DNA from: Felis catus
Taxonomy: Eukaryota
DNA: 64,000 nucleotides
Reading direction: 5' to 3'
Assembly: GCF_018350175.1 (NCBI RefSeq)
Contig: NC_058368.1
Coordinates: 214,274,001 to 214,338,000 of the forward strand
A program made the position numbers and the translations under genes. Positions 51,172-64,000 of this stretch are shown here, in pieces. Within the stretch, counting starts at the first letter, position 1. Each line of letters starts with the position of its first letter. The notes beneath the pieces were generated by a model that did not search any database, had not been told where the DNA came from, and saw nothing but the letters and a program-made list of their open reading frames with translations.

Positions 51172-51575
51172 TAGTAGGCTCTCCTTATTCACGGGGTATA
51201 CATTTTAAACCCCGGTTTGATGCCTAAGACGATGGATAGTACCAAACCCTATGTACACCATGTTTTTGTCTATACATACATACATATGATAAAGTTTATA
51301 AATTAGGCACAGAGATTAATAACTAATTATAAAATGGAACAATTATGACAGTATACTGTACTAGTTATATGAATGTGATTTCTCTTAAAATATCTACTGT
51401 ATTGTACTCACCTTTCTTCTTGTGATGATGTGAGATGGTAAAATGTCTTCTTGATGAGATGAAATGAGGTAAATGGTGTAGGCATTGTGATGTAGACTAT
51501 GATCATCAGCTTCCAGAAAGTGGTTGACCCTCGGTAACAAACTGTGGAAAGCGAAATCATGGATAAGAACTACTG
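51172..51575. mobile_element. MER44-family (TcMar-Tigger) MITE
   Basis: Degenerate terminal inverted repeats (AGTAG...CCTTATTCACGG / ATGGATAAG...ACTACTG) flanked by TA. Confidence 0.85.
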
Positions 51576-53090
51576 TATATTATAAGAAAGAAACTACATT
51601 TTCTTTGGACATCTGAATATATTTCAAGGCTGCTACATGAAGCAGAAGTTAATGAGAATAGCTTCTCTGAAATTAATTAAATGAATTAATTTAATTTAAT
51701 TAGAGAATAACAGAAAGTGCTCAATGCAAATATATGTAATATGTATGCTGTTATACATATATATGTATATTTTAAAATTTTAAACATGTTATATATGTTA
51801 ATATGTAAGTACATATATTGTTTGAAGAAAGAAGTTAACTAAAACACATGGAAAAGAAAATATTTAGAGGAACTGAAATTGGGAAAGAAGAGTAAATTTT
51901 TGGGGCATAACTAGCATATTTATCTTACTAAGTTGATTTTGATTTCCTCAGTATTTGTGTTAAATCAGACAAATTTTTTTTAATATTTACTTTATACAGT
52001 ATAGAGCGGGAGAGGAGGAGGTGGTTGGAAAGGAGGAAGAATTATCTTCTAAATTTGTGTATGTTTTTAGTTTCTGTCTTCCCAAAATTTGAGGTAAAAA
52101 AGGAAAATGTCACCAGGAAATAGTGGGACTAGGATGTGAAGAGGAATATAGTGGGTATATCCTGGGTGGTTTTCTAGTTCACAGCAGTTTGAATGATTCT
52201 TCTCAGGATCGTAGGGAACTGCACCTGGTGGGAGATGTGCTATTGTTATTTGGAGTATCTGCAAGGGCTGTTTTCCTATTGGCCAGCTCTTCCTTTGATT
52301 CTGAAGGCTATCTTACTATCCTTCCAGTAATTAATTCCTCTTTACTACAGTTAATTCAAATTGGCTTATGGTTAGTCGTAACCAAAAAAGTCCTGACTAA
52401 TGCTTGGAGTACTTAATAATAAAAACAAATACATTTTAATGTATTTTAGAAGCAGAGACTTATATATAAGTAATGCAATTGACAGATATATGGTAGTCAG
52501 CAGTGCTTTAAACAGTGCTATTAAATAGGAAATAACATGTTATTCATGCGTTATCCCCAAACTTCACCCAGGAAACATATCAGCAACCTAGATCATGTTA
52601 CTAAATAAATATGAACACAATAAAGTAGTTTAGTTTTATTATCCAAACCTTATACCCCAAGACTGCCAATGAACTTGGATGACAAGGATCAGTGAGATTT
52701 TGTTTAGCTCCAGTCTCTTCTCTAATGTCTTTATTATATAGAGCAGCATCTCACCTTCAGTGGTTTCTACTTCTTTCCTTCTTTATTCTTGTATATGCAG
52801 AAGGCAGGGGTGGAGATTGAGGGGTCATGTAGGGATGTCTCATTAAAAAACAAAAAAGTTTTGAAGAGAAATATCAGATATGGTCAAATTTAGATAATCA
52901 CTTATACATCCCCTCTGGAAACTTGTGTCTAGTTTAATGTGTAAGAATTCTATGTTTGGGCAATGCAAAGGATGTAAGTATTTTGAAACAGTTTTGTTTT
53001 TTTTATGTGATTTTCTGCTCAAGCATCTGCAGCAGCTTTCTCTTTTATTTGTGCTGCCCTTCATTTAGTCATTTAAAAAACTATGCTACA

Positions 53091-55760
53091 GACTGTTGTG
53101 TTTTCATTTTCATTCGTCTCCATATATTTTTTGTTTTCTCCTTTGATTTCTTCATTTAGCTCAGTATTCACAAATCAATCAACATGATACACCACATTAA
53201 CAAAATGAAGGATAAAAATCACATAAACATCTCAATAGATGCAGATAAAGCATTTGACAAATTCAACATCTGTTCTTTATAAAAACTGTTAACAAAGTAT
53301 AGAGGGAACATACCTCAACATAATAAAGACTGTTTATGAAAAATCCACAGCTAACAGCATACCTAATGGTGAAAAACTGAGAGCTTTTCCTCTAAGATCA
53401 GGAACAAGACAAGGATATACCCCTTTGCTGTTTTTAATCAACATAGTACTGGATGTCCTAGCCACAACAATCAGGCAAGAAAAATAAAAGCATCCATATT
53501 GGTAAGGAAGAAGTAAAACTGTCACTATTTGCATATGACATGATACTATGCTTAGAAAACTCTAAAGACTCCAAAAAAAAACCTATTAGAAGTAACAAAT
53601 GAATTCAGTAAAGTGCAGGATACAAAATTAATACAGAAATCAATTGCATTTCTATACACTAATAATGAAGTAGCAGAAAAAGAAATTAAGAAAATAATTT
53701 CATTTACAATTGCAACAAAAAGGATAAGATACTTAAGAATAAACTTAACTAAGGTGTTGAAAGACGCGTGCTTAGTAAACCACTGATGAAAGAAATTGAA
53801 TAAAATGCAAACAAATGGAGAAATATTCCATGCTCATGAGTTGAAAGAATTAATATTGTTAAAATGTCCATCCTACCCAGAGCAATCTACAGATTCAATG
53901 CAATCCCTATCAAAATACCAACAGCATTTTTCACAGAACTATAACAAATAATACTAAAATTTGTATGGAACCATAAAATACCTCAAATAGTCAAAGTGGT
54001 ATTGAGAAAGAAGAAAAACACTGGAGGTATCATAATTCCACATTTCAAAATATAGTACAAAGCTGTGGTTAATCAAGACAGTATGGTACTGGCACAAAAG
54101 TAGATACACATATCAATGGAACAGGAGCGTCGAGAAATAAACCTACACTTTTATGGTAAATTAATATTTGACAAAGAGCCAAGAATATACAGTGGGGTAA
54201 GAGACAGTCCCTTCAATAAATGGTGCTTGGAGAACTGGACAACTACATGCAAAAAATGAAACTGAACCACTTTCTTACACCATACAAATTAACTCAAAAT
54301 GAATTAAAGATCTAAGTACCTGAAACCATAAAACTCCTAGAGGAGAGCATAGGCAGTAATTTTTTTGACATCAGCCATAACATTTTTCTAAATACGTTTC
54401 TTACAAGGGAAACAAAAGCAAAAATAAACTAGGGGACTACACCAAAACAAAAAACTTATGCATAGCAAAGGAAACCATCAACAACATGAAAAGGCAAACT
54501 ACTGAATTGGACATTTTCCAATGATATATCTGGTAAAGAGTTAATATCCAAAATACATAAAGAAGTTATACAACTCAACATCAAAACAAAACCAAACTCC
54601 AAAAACAAAAACAAATAATCTGATTAATAATGGGCAGAGGACCTGCACAGACATTTTTTCCAAAGAAGGTATACTTAGCCAACAGACACATGAAAAGATG
54701 CTCAACACCACTAATCATCAGGGAAATTCAAATCAAAACCACAGGTATAAGATGTCACCTTATACCTGTCACTATGGCTAGAATCAAAAAGACAAGAGAT
54801 AACAAGCGTTAGAGACGATATGGAGAAAAAGGAACCCTTGTGTACTGTTGGTGGGACTGTAAATTGGTGCAGCCACTGTGGTAAACAGTATGGAGATTAC
54901 TCAAAAAATTAAAAATATATGATCCAGTAATTCCACTACTGGATATTTACCAATGAAAATGAGAACACAAATTTGAAAAGATATTTGTATCCCTACATTT
55001 ATTAAGGCTTAATTTACAATGTTACAATAATTATAATAGAAATTTACAATTAAAAATTTACAATAATCATTTACAATGTATGGAAAGAACTCCAGTGACC
55101 GTTGATTGATGAATGGATAAATAAGACATGGTATATACATACACCATACATGTGGAATTGCTTACATGTGGAATCTGAAAAATGAAACAAATGAATAAAC
55201 AAAAAAGCAGAATCATAACCATAAATACAGAGAACAAACTGATGGTTGCCAGAGGGGAGAGGGGTAGAGGATGGGTAAAGTTGGTAAAGGCGAGTGGGAG
55301 ATAATAGGCTTCTAGTTATGGAATAACTAAGTCATGGGAATAAAAGATATAATAGAGAATATAACCAGTGGTATTGTAATAACGTTGTATGGTGATAGAT
55401 GGTAGCTATGTTTGCAGTGAGCATAACATAATGTATAAGCTTTTTTTTTATTAACATTTATTTATTTTTGAAATACAGAGAGAGACAGAGTGTGAGCAGG
55501 GGAGGGGCAGAGAGAGAGAGAGAGACACAGAGCCTCCGAAGCAGGCTGTAGGCTCTGAGCCATCAGCACAGAGCCCGACACAGGGCTCAAACCCATGAAC
55601 TGTGAGATCATGACCTAAGCCAAAGTCGGATGCTTAACCAACTGAGCCACCCAGGTGCCCCGAAACATTTTTGAATCACTATGTTGTATACCTGAAACCA
55701 CTATAACATTGTATGTCAACTATACTTCAACTAAAAAAAAAAAAAACAAAAAAAAAAACC
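53091..55760 (+). mobile_element. 5'-inverted, truncated carnivore L1 (L1_Carn-type)
   Basis: Inverted ORF2 piece 53091-53160, sense ORF2/3'UTR 53161 to poly(A); degenerate TSD aaaaactatgctaca/aaaacttatgctata at TTT/AAAAAA. Confidence 0.9.
55441..55661 (-). mobile_element. Can-SINE inserted in the L1 3'UTR
   Basis: Complete SINE body, host 3'UTR resumes at TTGAATCACTATGTTGTATACCTGAAAC. Confidence 0.95.
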
Positions 55761-57273
55761 AAAACTTATGCTATATGTCTACCAAGGGACATATGGGGAT
55801 AGATGTTGGATGCAACTAAACAGTCTATTGTTGGAACTGTCACCTTCTCTCAGTCCTTCCTTCATATGTGCTCTCTTCCATGCTCCTCCACTACATGCGC
55901 ATTTTTCTACTCGGATAATCCAGGACTTATTTTTCCACTGTTCCTTTCAGTTGGTACTACCAATTCATCAGCTCTTGATTTTCAACAAGGATGATTTTAT
56001 ACATTCAATTTTAGATAGCTAGGCTATTTATGAGGATAAAATTGGTTTTTAGAAAGATCACCCTGTCCCTTGTTTTCAGATAGCTATTATGATATATACT
56101 ATTTGAGCCCCCAAATTACTAACATTGCCCCCAGCAAAATTCTAGATTTTATAATCTTGCTTTTCAGAGTGTCCATTTGACACTGATTCAAGTGTTGAAA
56201 ATAGTGCTGGAAAATTAAGAGCCATAACAAGTTCTTATGATCAAAATGTGCCAACATCTTCCGGGATTTAACTGAATAACCGAACATATAGCCAATTATT
56301 ATTTTAGCAGTGCTTCCTAAAGAACTGCACATTTTTAGCAGTACTGGTCTTGGGAACTATGTTTGCAAGTCAGTAAAACATCTTAGTGTTCACAACTAGT
56401 GTTTCACTGCAGTTTTCTGTCAAAATATTTAGAAATAACAGAAAATTCATTTTTATAATAGCTTAATTTAGGAATATTGGCTCTTTACCCCTTCTCATCT
56501 CCACTCTTTTGAAAAATAAAGGATTGTCTTAAAACTGCTGGCTACACTCATGGTAAGGTATTAACACATACAATTACATTAACACCTGTCATTAAAGTTT
56601 TGCCAAATAACAGTCAAAGGTAAATGAGATTTTAAAGAAATATAGTAAACAAAGTTATGCTCTTCAATTAGCTGTAAGAGCTTTGATGTCAACCTCAGTT
56701 GACTAAGAAGGGAATAGACAAGTTCTGATCACATGTCAATTATACCACCAGTATACTAAATGTTGTAAAAGTAGTACATGGCATAAAAATGAGGAAATTA
56801 GGTGTGCTCCTGGTTTGATGAAAAGTTTTATATTTGTGTAAGGAAATGGAACTAATCTACCTTCTACACCTACCAAAATAGGAGATATAGGAGGGATAAA
56901 TGTGACTCATAGTGCTGCTGGCTAAAAGATACGTAGCCAGTTCACTGAAAATTTATATTAACCTGATTATTTACCATGTGTATGCAATACCAAGTGGTGG
57001 ACTGGTTACTATAATTTCTACTCTTTAATACATTGTGGAAATAGCATGCAGACATATTTATCCATTTAGATTTTTAAATTATTAGAGGTATATTATTTTA
57101 ACTCTGCAAGAATAGAAAAATTGTGTCACAACAGGAAGCCCAAGGTAGTGAGAAATCTGTTCAACTTAGAAAGTTTCTCCCATTTATTTCCTAAAACTTT
57201 GAGGACAATGCATGGGGAAGTTTCTAATAAAAATCTCCAGAACTACTTTATTGCTATACCCATAACGTTGATG

Positions 57274-58050
57274 TTCATTCATTCATTCATTCATTCAATA
57301 AACTTAAATACAGTGCCTGGTATGTGCATACTGCATTAGACAGTTGGGAGTGATGTAAAAATGAATAAGATATGGTGCCTACTGTCAAGGAGTTTATGGC
57401 ATAAGAGGAGCTATAAGAACTATAGAACCCAGCCCAGTGTGCATACTGAATTTCAGTAAATACTCGTCCAACAATATTTGTGTACTACTAGAGAGCTGCC
57501 CCCAATACTGTAGACAAACTGCATGAAAGATTTGGGTAAGGGCTTAAACAGTTGATCTTGGAGGATGAGTTAAAGTCTGCCAACATTTAAGGAAAAAGGG
57601 TGTTTTAGAAACAAGACCAGACTTGCAATGATACAGACTTATACAACGTTTGTGAACTTGGAATGGAGATAGATTTACGATGCTGGACTTAGACCTTGAG
57701 TGGGAACATTTATAGATGATGCTGGTAAATATGGTAAATCTGGATTGTATGCATCTTTTTTGGCTCTATTTGAAGAAGCTTAGGCATTATTCTTTGGAAA
57801 TCCAGACAGGGCTTTAAAAATGAGAATCATAGAAGCAGATTTGTGGACTTTAGAAGCAGTGTGGATATGAACTAGAGGTGGAAGATTGGTGTCAGAAAGA
57901 AGGATAGAGAATTTTTCAGATTAGGAGGAATATACTAAAGCAGTGACATGGTAAAGTTGGGGAGAGAAATGGACAATTTTGAGTGGCATGGCTTGGTGGC
58001 TGATTATATATGGGGTGCAGGAGTGGAGAGTTGAATATACCACTATAATT
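57274..58050 (-). mobile_element. LINE-2 3' fragment
   Basis: (TTCA)n terminus, ATGAATAAGATATGGTGCCTACTGTCAAGGAGTTTA, purine-rich body. Confidence 0.75.
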
Positions 58051-58914
58051 TTTCTAAGTATGCATCCTTGAGCATAGCTACATAAAATAAATTGGATTAA
58101 ATAGAAACTATTTTACAATTCAACCTCATGTTTGTTGGTGTTAAAAAATGAGTTTGACAGGGCACTTTCAACTAAGGACTGATGAGTCATAAATCATCAA
58201 GCAATAACCTTAGGACCTTGGTGAATTTCTCGCCATTCTTCAGCACCTGCCAGAATCCAGGCTAGCATCAAAAGCTTTTTAGGGTTTAAGAAGATAGCAG
58301 TGCTTCATATGCTATAAACATTACATAAGTGCAGGAGTACCTCACACAGTAATTGTATTGAAATCTTCAAGGGCAACAGTCACATTTCTTTTATTCTCTG
58401 TGGGAGTTAGCATCTCCCTTCCATAATTTAGCATATAGTAGGACTTCTAAAATTTTTGTAGAATTTGTGCATATTTATTACATCTTTGACAGTCAATAGT
58501 TGAAGCTCTTTTAACAATCTCTTAACCAATCTACTGTTTAAATGACACTTAATTCTTTCTTAAAGCATGCTGACTATTGCCCAAAGCACTCTGCATGCCA
58601 TGGCTAGTAGACTACTTTCTAGTCCACTTGCTTACATAGGATCTTTATGGAAAACTAGTTGGGCTTGGTGCTAAACCTAATAATGTCATTTGAACTGGTT
58701 GTAGTGGTTTTGAAAATTAATTACATTGTATTAATAAAATACAAATATAAAATGCAAAGGAGAGGATTTCTTAGAAAATCACATCAAATGCTTTTGGAAG
58801 GCTCAGTAGATGTGAGTTGCTAAAAATTACTTTCCAAATAGATGTGAATAAAACATATGTAAAATAAATAGTGAAATCTAGAAGATTTACTTCAAAATCT
58901 GTACTTTGTCAGTG

Positions 58915-59108
58915 TTTTTTTTTAAGTTTATTGAGAGAGAGAGTGCATGAGTGAATAGGTGAGGGGCTGAGAAAGAGGGCGAGAGAGAATCCCAAGCAGA
59001 CTCCATGCTGAAAGCCCCATGTGGGCGTCCATCCCACGAAACTTGAGATCATGACCTGAGCCCATACCAAGAGTCAGATGCTTAATCGACTGCACCACTG
59101 AGGTGTCC
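58915..59108 (-). mobile_element. Can-SINE (older)
   Basis: TSD tactttgtcagtg/tactttgttagtg. Confidence 0.92.
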
Positions 59109-59829
59109 TACTTTGTTAGTGATTTTTTTTTGTTCTGCTTTAAAAAAAAAAAACTAAATGAGAAACCATAGATGATAAATTTTGAATGAATTTGTTGATG
59201 AAAGACAACAGGGAAATCAAATCAGTAGTCTTATACACACTAAAAATTGTCTTGGCCTCACATGAAAATAAGAACAAAAAATGTACATTTGTTTTTGGAT
59301 TGAATAAAATGTTTATGGAAAAAATGCATTATTTTGAAAATTTCTGATTTATCCTGTTTTATTTTTGAACAATCCATCAACTGATAGTTTTAATGACTTG
59401 GACAAGAGATCCACTGAGAGCAACACATATTAAGGAAGTATACATTAGCAATTAAGCAGAGGCATGGATATTCCTTAATAACTGTTCAAGCATACCACTG
59501 GGTTCTAGCCTTTACCATCCTGGCCCTGGATGGAGACATTAACTTCCTCATAAGATTGTTTAATTGCATGTTTACAGCTCTGTTCACATAATAAACCATT
59601 CCTATCTGAGAAAGGAAACATTAGGGAGACATTTTGAATATATCTCAGAATATTATCAAACAGCAATGATTTGGAAACATAGTTATCACCTAGGTTCACA
59701 CCATTGTTTAGTAATGTTATGCCTTGGTGAACAGCTACATTCCATTGCACACTGGAATATTTCTCATTTTGTTTTGAGAAGTGGTCAGAACCAGAAATAA
59801 GTATTTTTGTGGGACTGATTTGACCTTTA

Positions 59830-60040
59830 TTTTTTTAATTAAATTTTTTAAAATGTTTATTTATTTTTGAGATAGGAGAGAGAATGTGAGTGGAGGAGGG
59901 GCAGAGAGAGAGGCGGACAGAAGATCTGAGGCAGACTCTGTGTGCATAGAGCCCAACGTGGGCTTGAACCCACAAACTATGAGATCATGACCTGAGCCGA
60001 AGTTGGTCACTTAACCCACTGAGCCACCCAGGTGTCCCCA
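59830..60040 (-). mobile_element. Can-SINE
   Basis: 14-bp TSD tgatttgaccttta. Confidence 0.95.
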
Positions 60041-60142
60041 TGATTTGACCTTTAAATGGGAGGTTGCTTGCTAGGAAAAGCCTCCTTGGACATGTAGGAA
60101 TCCTCTCTGTGGTATGAGTGTGTGGAAAATTCTTTTCTCAGG

Positions 60143-60765
60143 TGTGGCAGATAGATCTTGGAAATGCCCTGTACAATCCCCTCCTCTTGATTGTGGGCAG
60201 AAACTGTGACTTGCTTCTAACCAACAAAATATGGCAAAAATGAGGGGATGTTTTTCCCTTAATTAGGTTAATCTATCTGTCCATTCATTCATCCATCTAT
60301 ATCTATGTCTATGTCTATGTCTATGTCTATGTCTATGTCTACGTCTACGTCTACGTTTACGTCTATGTCTATGTCTATGTCTATATATCTGTATCTCTCT
60401 CTCTCTATAAAATTGTGTCTTGTTGGCATGCACTGCAGAGAGGTCCATCAGAAATGGAACTTTTAGGAGGTGATTAGATAGAATTAGTGCCCTTATAAAA
60501 GAGACCCCAGACAGGTCCCCTTGCCTCTGCTACCATGTAAGAGCATAGGAAACCGTGGCCATTTCTGAACCAGGAAGCTGGCTCTCACCAGACACTGAAA
60601 CTACTGGCACCATGATCTTGTATTTCCCAGCCTCCAGAACTGTAAGAAATACATTTCTGTTGTTTATAAACCCCCCAGTCTGATATTTTGTTATAGCAGC
60701 TCTAGCAGACTGATACAGGGTCACATGGCAGGAAAACACAATGATGTCTAAAAGCTGAAGGATGC
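60143..60765 (+). mobile_element. MaLR LTR (MLT1E/F-like) interrupted by an MLT1A-like LTR piece (about 60448-60717)
   Basis: TGTGACTTGCTTCTAACCAAC...ATATGGCAAA in the outer part; ATTAGTGCCCTTATAAAAGAGACCCCAGA...CCAGCCTCCAGAACTGTAAGAAATA...GATACA in the inner part. Confidence 0.75.
60295..60405. repeat. (TCTATG)n/(TCTACG)n hexamer microsatellite
   Basis: Direct read; central units carry CpG variants. Confidence 0.95.
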
Positions 60766-60872
60766 AAGTTATATTAGTTCATTGAATGTAAGAAGTTTCC
60801 TAGGTTCTATGCTTCCAAGATATTTTTAAATGTATTATCCAAATTTCCTATTTATCTATAAAAGAGGTTTCT

Positions 60873-61089
60873 TTTTTTTTTTTTTAAATGTTTGCTTGTT
60901 TATTTAGAGAGAGAGAGAGCTAGGTTATGTGGGGGAGGGAAGAAAGAGAGGGAGAGAGTGAATCCCAAGCAAGCTCCGCACTGTCAGTGCAGAGTCTGAC
61001 ACGGGGCTCAGTCTCATGAACCATGAGATCATGACCTGAGCTGAAATCAAGAATCTGATGCTTAACTGACTGAGCTACCCAGGTTTCCC
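60873..61089 (-). mobile_element. Can-SINE
   Basis: 16-bp TSD tataaaagaggtttct/tacaaaagatgtttct. Confidence 0.95.
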
Positions 61090-61278
61090 TACAAAAGATG
61101 TTTCTGAGTCTCTTCTGTTTTTTAGTTGTCTGGTAGGTTTTCCACTCTCATTTTTTACTATTGATGTATATACAACTTTTGTTCTTTAAGGAATAAAAGA
61201 AGGAAATCAAGGTTTTAGGCAAATAAAAATGTGTATTCTCACTGGATTTATTATATTGGTGGGGAAATCTTTGTAGAT

Positions 61279-61468
61279 TTTTTAAATTTATAAATGTTTA
61301 TTTTTGAGAGAGAGAGGGAAGGGGGTAGAGAGAGAGGGAGACAGAGGATCCCAAGTGGGCTGTGCTCTGACAGCAAGGAGCCCATGTGGGGCTCAAACTC
61401 ATGGTTCGTGAGATCATTACCTGAACCAAAGACAGATGCTTAACTGAGTGAGCCACCCAGGTGCCCCA
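61279..61468 (-). mobile_element. Can-SINE
   Basis: 10-bp TSD ctttgtagat. Confidence 0.95.
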
Positions 61469-64000
61469 CTTTGTAGATGCTTTAGAAAAATAGAAGATAT
61501 CACTGTCATGAGTGACCACATTCTGTTGGTTCTTTTGGAAATATATCTAGTACCCTCCTGATCACATTACTTTCCTCCCATTATCTTTTGCTCCTTCCAT
61601 TTTTTTCCTCATCCCCAGTCCACCATTTTCCATTCCATCACTCAGAGTTGGCCTAACCATCCTATACAAATGATATAAAGGATATTTTCTTACAAAATAC
61701 AACCTACAAAGTGAAAATTCTCCTTGATTGCTGATACCAGATATATGTGTTGTCGATCTCTTCAGGAAATTTCAGAATCTTTGGAGGTGGAGGAAGGCAA
61801 AGGAAGACCACTTTTATTTAAGGATTCTATTGATTACAATATTATAGTCAATTTTGAATCTTTCTATAGAGTTACCACTGATCTTGGGAAAATCTTCGGA
61901 TGGAATAAATAGATGCTCTTTTGCCCTTAATTCCCATAATTCTTCCCAAACATACAACCTGAGTTTGTGGCGTTATTTTATGCTTTTATTTTTGCTCTGG
62001 AAAAAACCAACCCAATACTGGTTATTAATTTGATTCCAAAAGAATCATACTCTTATGTATGTGGATTTGGCCACACAGCCTTCTTTGATGTTAATGAGAG
62101 TATAAAGGATTGACTCTCTGTCTTGAGCTGTAAGGTTTTCACTTTCCAGCTGCCTCAGAGCCGAGGAGAGCCCTTATGTCATTGTCATGCCAACCAAAAG
62201 TAAAATATTTTTTACTTAATGATGAGAAATAATTTCCATCTCTCCCCACCTGGAGGGGAGTGGAAAATAGCTGATTGAGTTTCAGACATCAAGTTCTTTG
62301 TATGTCAATAATAAAAAAATCCTTAAACAACCACAATAACAGAATAGTAGGATGACGTTTTGATTTTTGTGTTGAGACCCATGAAAAATTATCTCTTGGA
62401 CCAAACGAATGAATAAGGAGATTTGAAACAAGATATGGTGGGAGATTCTGTCTGTGTAAATAAAGAGCCAAGCGTCATAGAAGACACCATTAATCAAGCA
62501 ATTAACCTTTCAATTGTGTTATTTATTTTGGAGAGCAATTTTGCCACCCCAGGAATTATGGAGAGATTGAAAAAATATGTTAACTCTTTACTGGTTTAAA
62601 GAGTTCTTGTCATCTAAATGGCTGACAGATTGCTGTGTAACTAGAGCCAAGGGACTGACGTGGAGGAACAGGCTGTCAGTCAAGCAGGTGTCATCTTTGC
62701 AAAAGTCTGGAACACGTCTTTTTTATTATTGAAGAACATTGTCATGTTGGCAGATTCAGGGACAGAGTCTGAAATAAAAAATATTCATGCAAGTACAAGT
62801 ATCTCATTCCCCAGATCTGCTTAATGCTTTTCCTCCTGAGGCTGAAGGCCTTCTAGGTCATTTCTGGCCATTAGACTCAATTAAAAATTAGAAACAGAAA
62901 ATTGATCTTCACCCACCTCCAGATGCATCCACATTAGGTGGCACATGGATGTTAAACTTGTTAATAATTCAAGACTTGCGTAGACATATTTCCTTGAAAC
63001 TTAACAGTTTGGAGAAAAAGAACATATCCAGGTTACCCCAGAGGAGAAAACAAATTACCTTTTGCCTTTCTGACATCTTATTCTCCTTCACTGCACCTGG
63101 CCAATCTCCACCTGGCAGTGCTCTCAATCACCCAGATGGAAAGGGAGTTTAGGTGGCCCCTCCAAAAACTGATGAGGTTCAGCCTCACCACTGTCTAATA
63201 GAATGTGCTCTATAGTGGAACAGTCTACATTATATGCATCTGTCTTTCAGGGACCAATAGGCTGCATATATTCTTGTTTTGCACCATAAAGCAAAGAAAT
63301 ATTTTCCTGACTGTTTCCACATTTACTTACCCATGATATTATCAGTAGATTGCTTTTATCATTATGTCTAGTTTCATGAATAATACGTTAGTGTTGTAGC
63401 TTGCTTAATACAGCAGTTGAGTAAGATTTTTTTTTATCTCCTAATATGTGTGGACCAGAAATAACACCTCTTTTAATGATGTGAGTGTTTATTTTACTTC
63501 CAAGATGTTCAGTGTTTTAAAATCAAGATAATCTGGGAGAGTAACATGATGGATGCTACTACGTGTGTGCACCAAATGGAAAGTAAATCAGTTAGCATAT
63601 TTTTCTCCATAAAAACCTTGCAATTGATTATTAAAACTTGTTTAGAACTGTTGATTCAAATTCATCAAGAGGGGGGATAGAATATTTGAAACTCTGCAAA
63701 TATCTTGATTTCTATTCCTGCCCACTGACCAGAGAGCTGAATAATGCAAAATTTGAAGCGATTCAGTTACTAAACACAAGTCTCTAGAGAATAACTATAA
63801 GAGTTTTCATTTACATCACAGCCCTTGTGCATGTTAAGAAGGAAGGATCACAAAGTTAAGAGTCTATTTCTGTTTGAATAATTTCAATATATTACCAGAA
63901 CTAATTTTCTGTAATGTCCCTAAGATGGTAAGCAGAAACTTTATACTCCCCAGTCTCTTGTGATCAAAAACTTCCAAATCAGACTTGCAAATCGCCTTCT

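Noticed and set aside
59505..59800. Two opposing ORFs of about 80 aa in unique sequence
   Set aside because: Non-ATG starts, no splice signals or domains recognised.
60263..60448. Protamine-like His/Arg ORF (HRHRHRRKRRR)
   Set aside because: Translation of a hexamer microsatellite inside a MaLR LTR.
61765..61912. Possible + exon after ctcttcag (EISESLEVEEGKGRPLLFK...)
   Set aside because: Modest acceptor, no donor, peptide unrecognised.
1..64000. CRISPR array, tRNA/rRNA genes, intact provirus or prokaryote-type systems
   Set aside because: No repeat-spacer array; tRNA-like boxes occur only in SINE heads; LTRs are solo with no gag/pol/env; the sequence is mammalian throughout.

Overview
This is AT-rich mammalian genomic DNA from a felid, judged by Can-SINE/SINEC_Fc-type SINEs and felid/carnivore LINE-1s; the species cannot be fixed from the sequence. 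It reads as non-coding, most likely a long intron of a + strand host gene, because 12 of 15 SINEs and most L1 sequence lie on the - strand. I recognise no exon of a known protein-coding gene, no rRNA, no true tRNA and no CRISPR array. All long ORFs in the track come from L1, SINEs, L2 or microsatellites. Main contents: a full-length but inactivated L1 (38740-44914, -, 10-bp TSD) with a young SINE in ORF1; a 4-kb carnivore L1 carrying three nested insertions; a 5'-inverted (twin-primed) L1; an L1 with two tandem 3' ends inside one TSD pair; 15 Can-SINEs; and many ancient MIR, L2, MER, MLT and ERV LTR relics. The best non-repeat signal is at the left edge: a - strand TATA box, a first exon with a consensus donor, a 387-nt GT-AG intron and a second exon, giving a 35-aa spliced ORF that is either a micropeptide or a uORF of an unidentified nested antisense gene. 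A few candidate enhancers, promoters and splice sites are flagged with low to moderate confidence. Repeat family names are from remembered consensus sequences, not a database search. I found no evidence of a new multi-component biological system.
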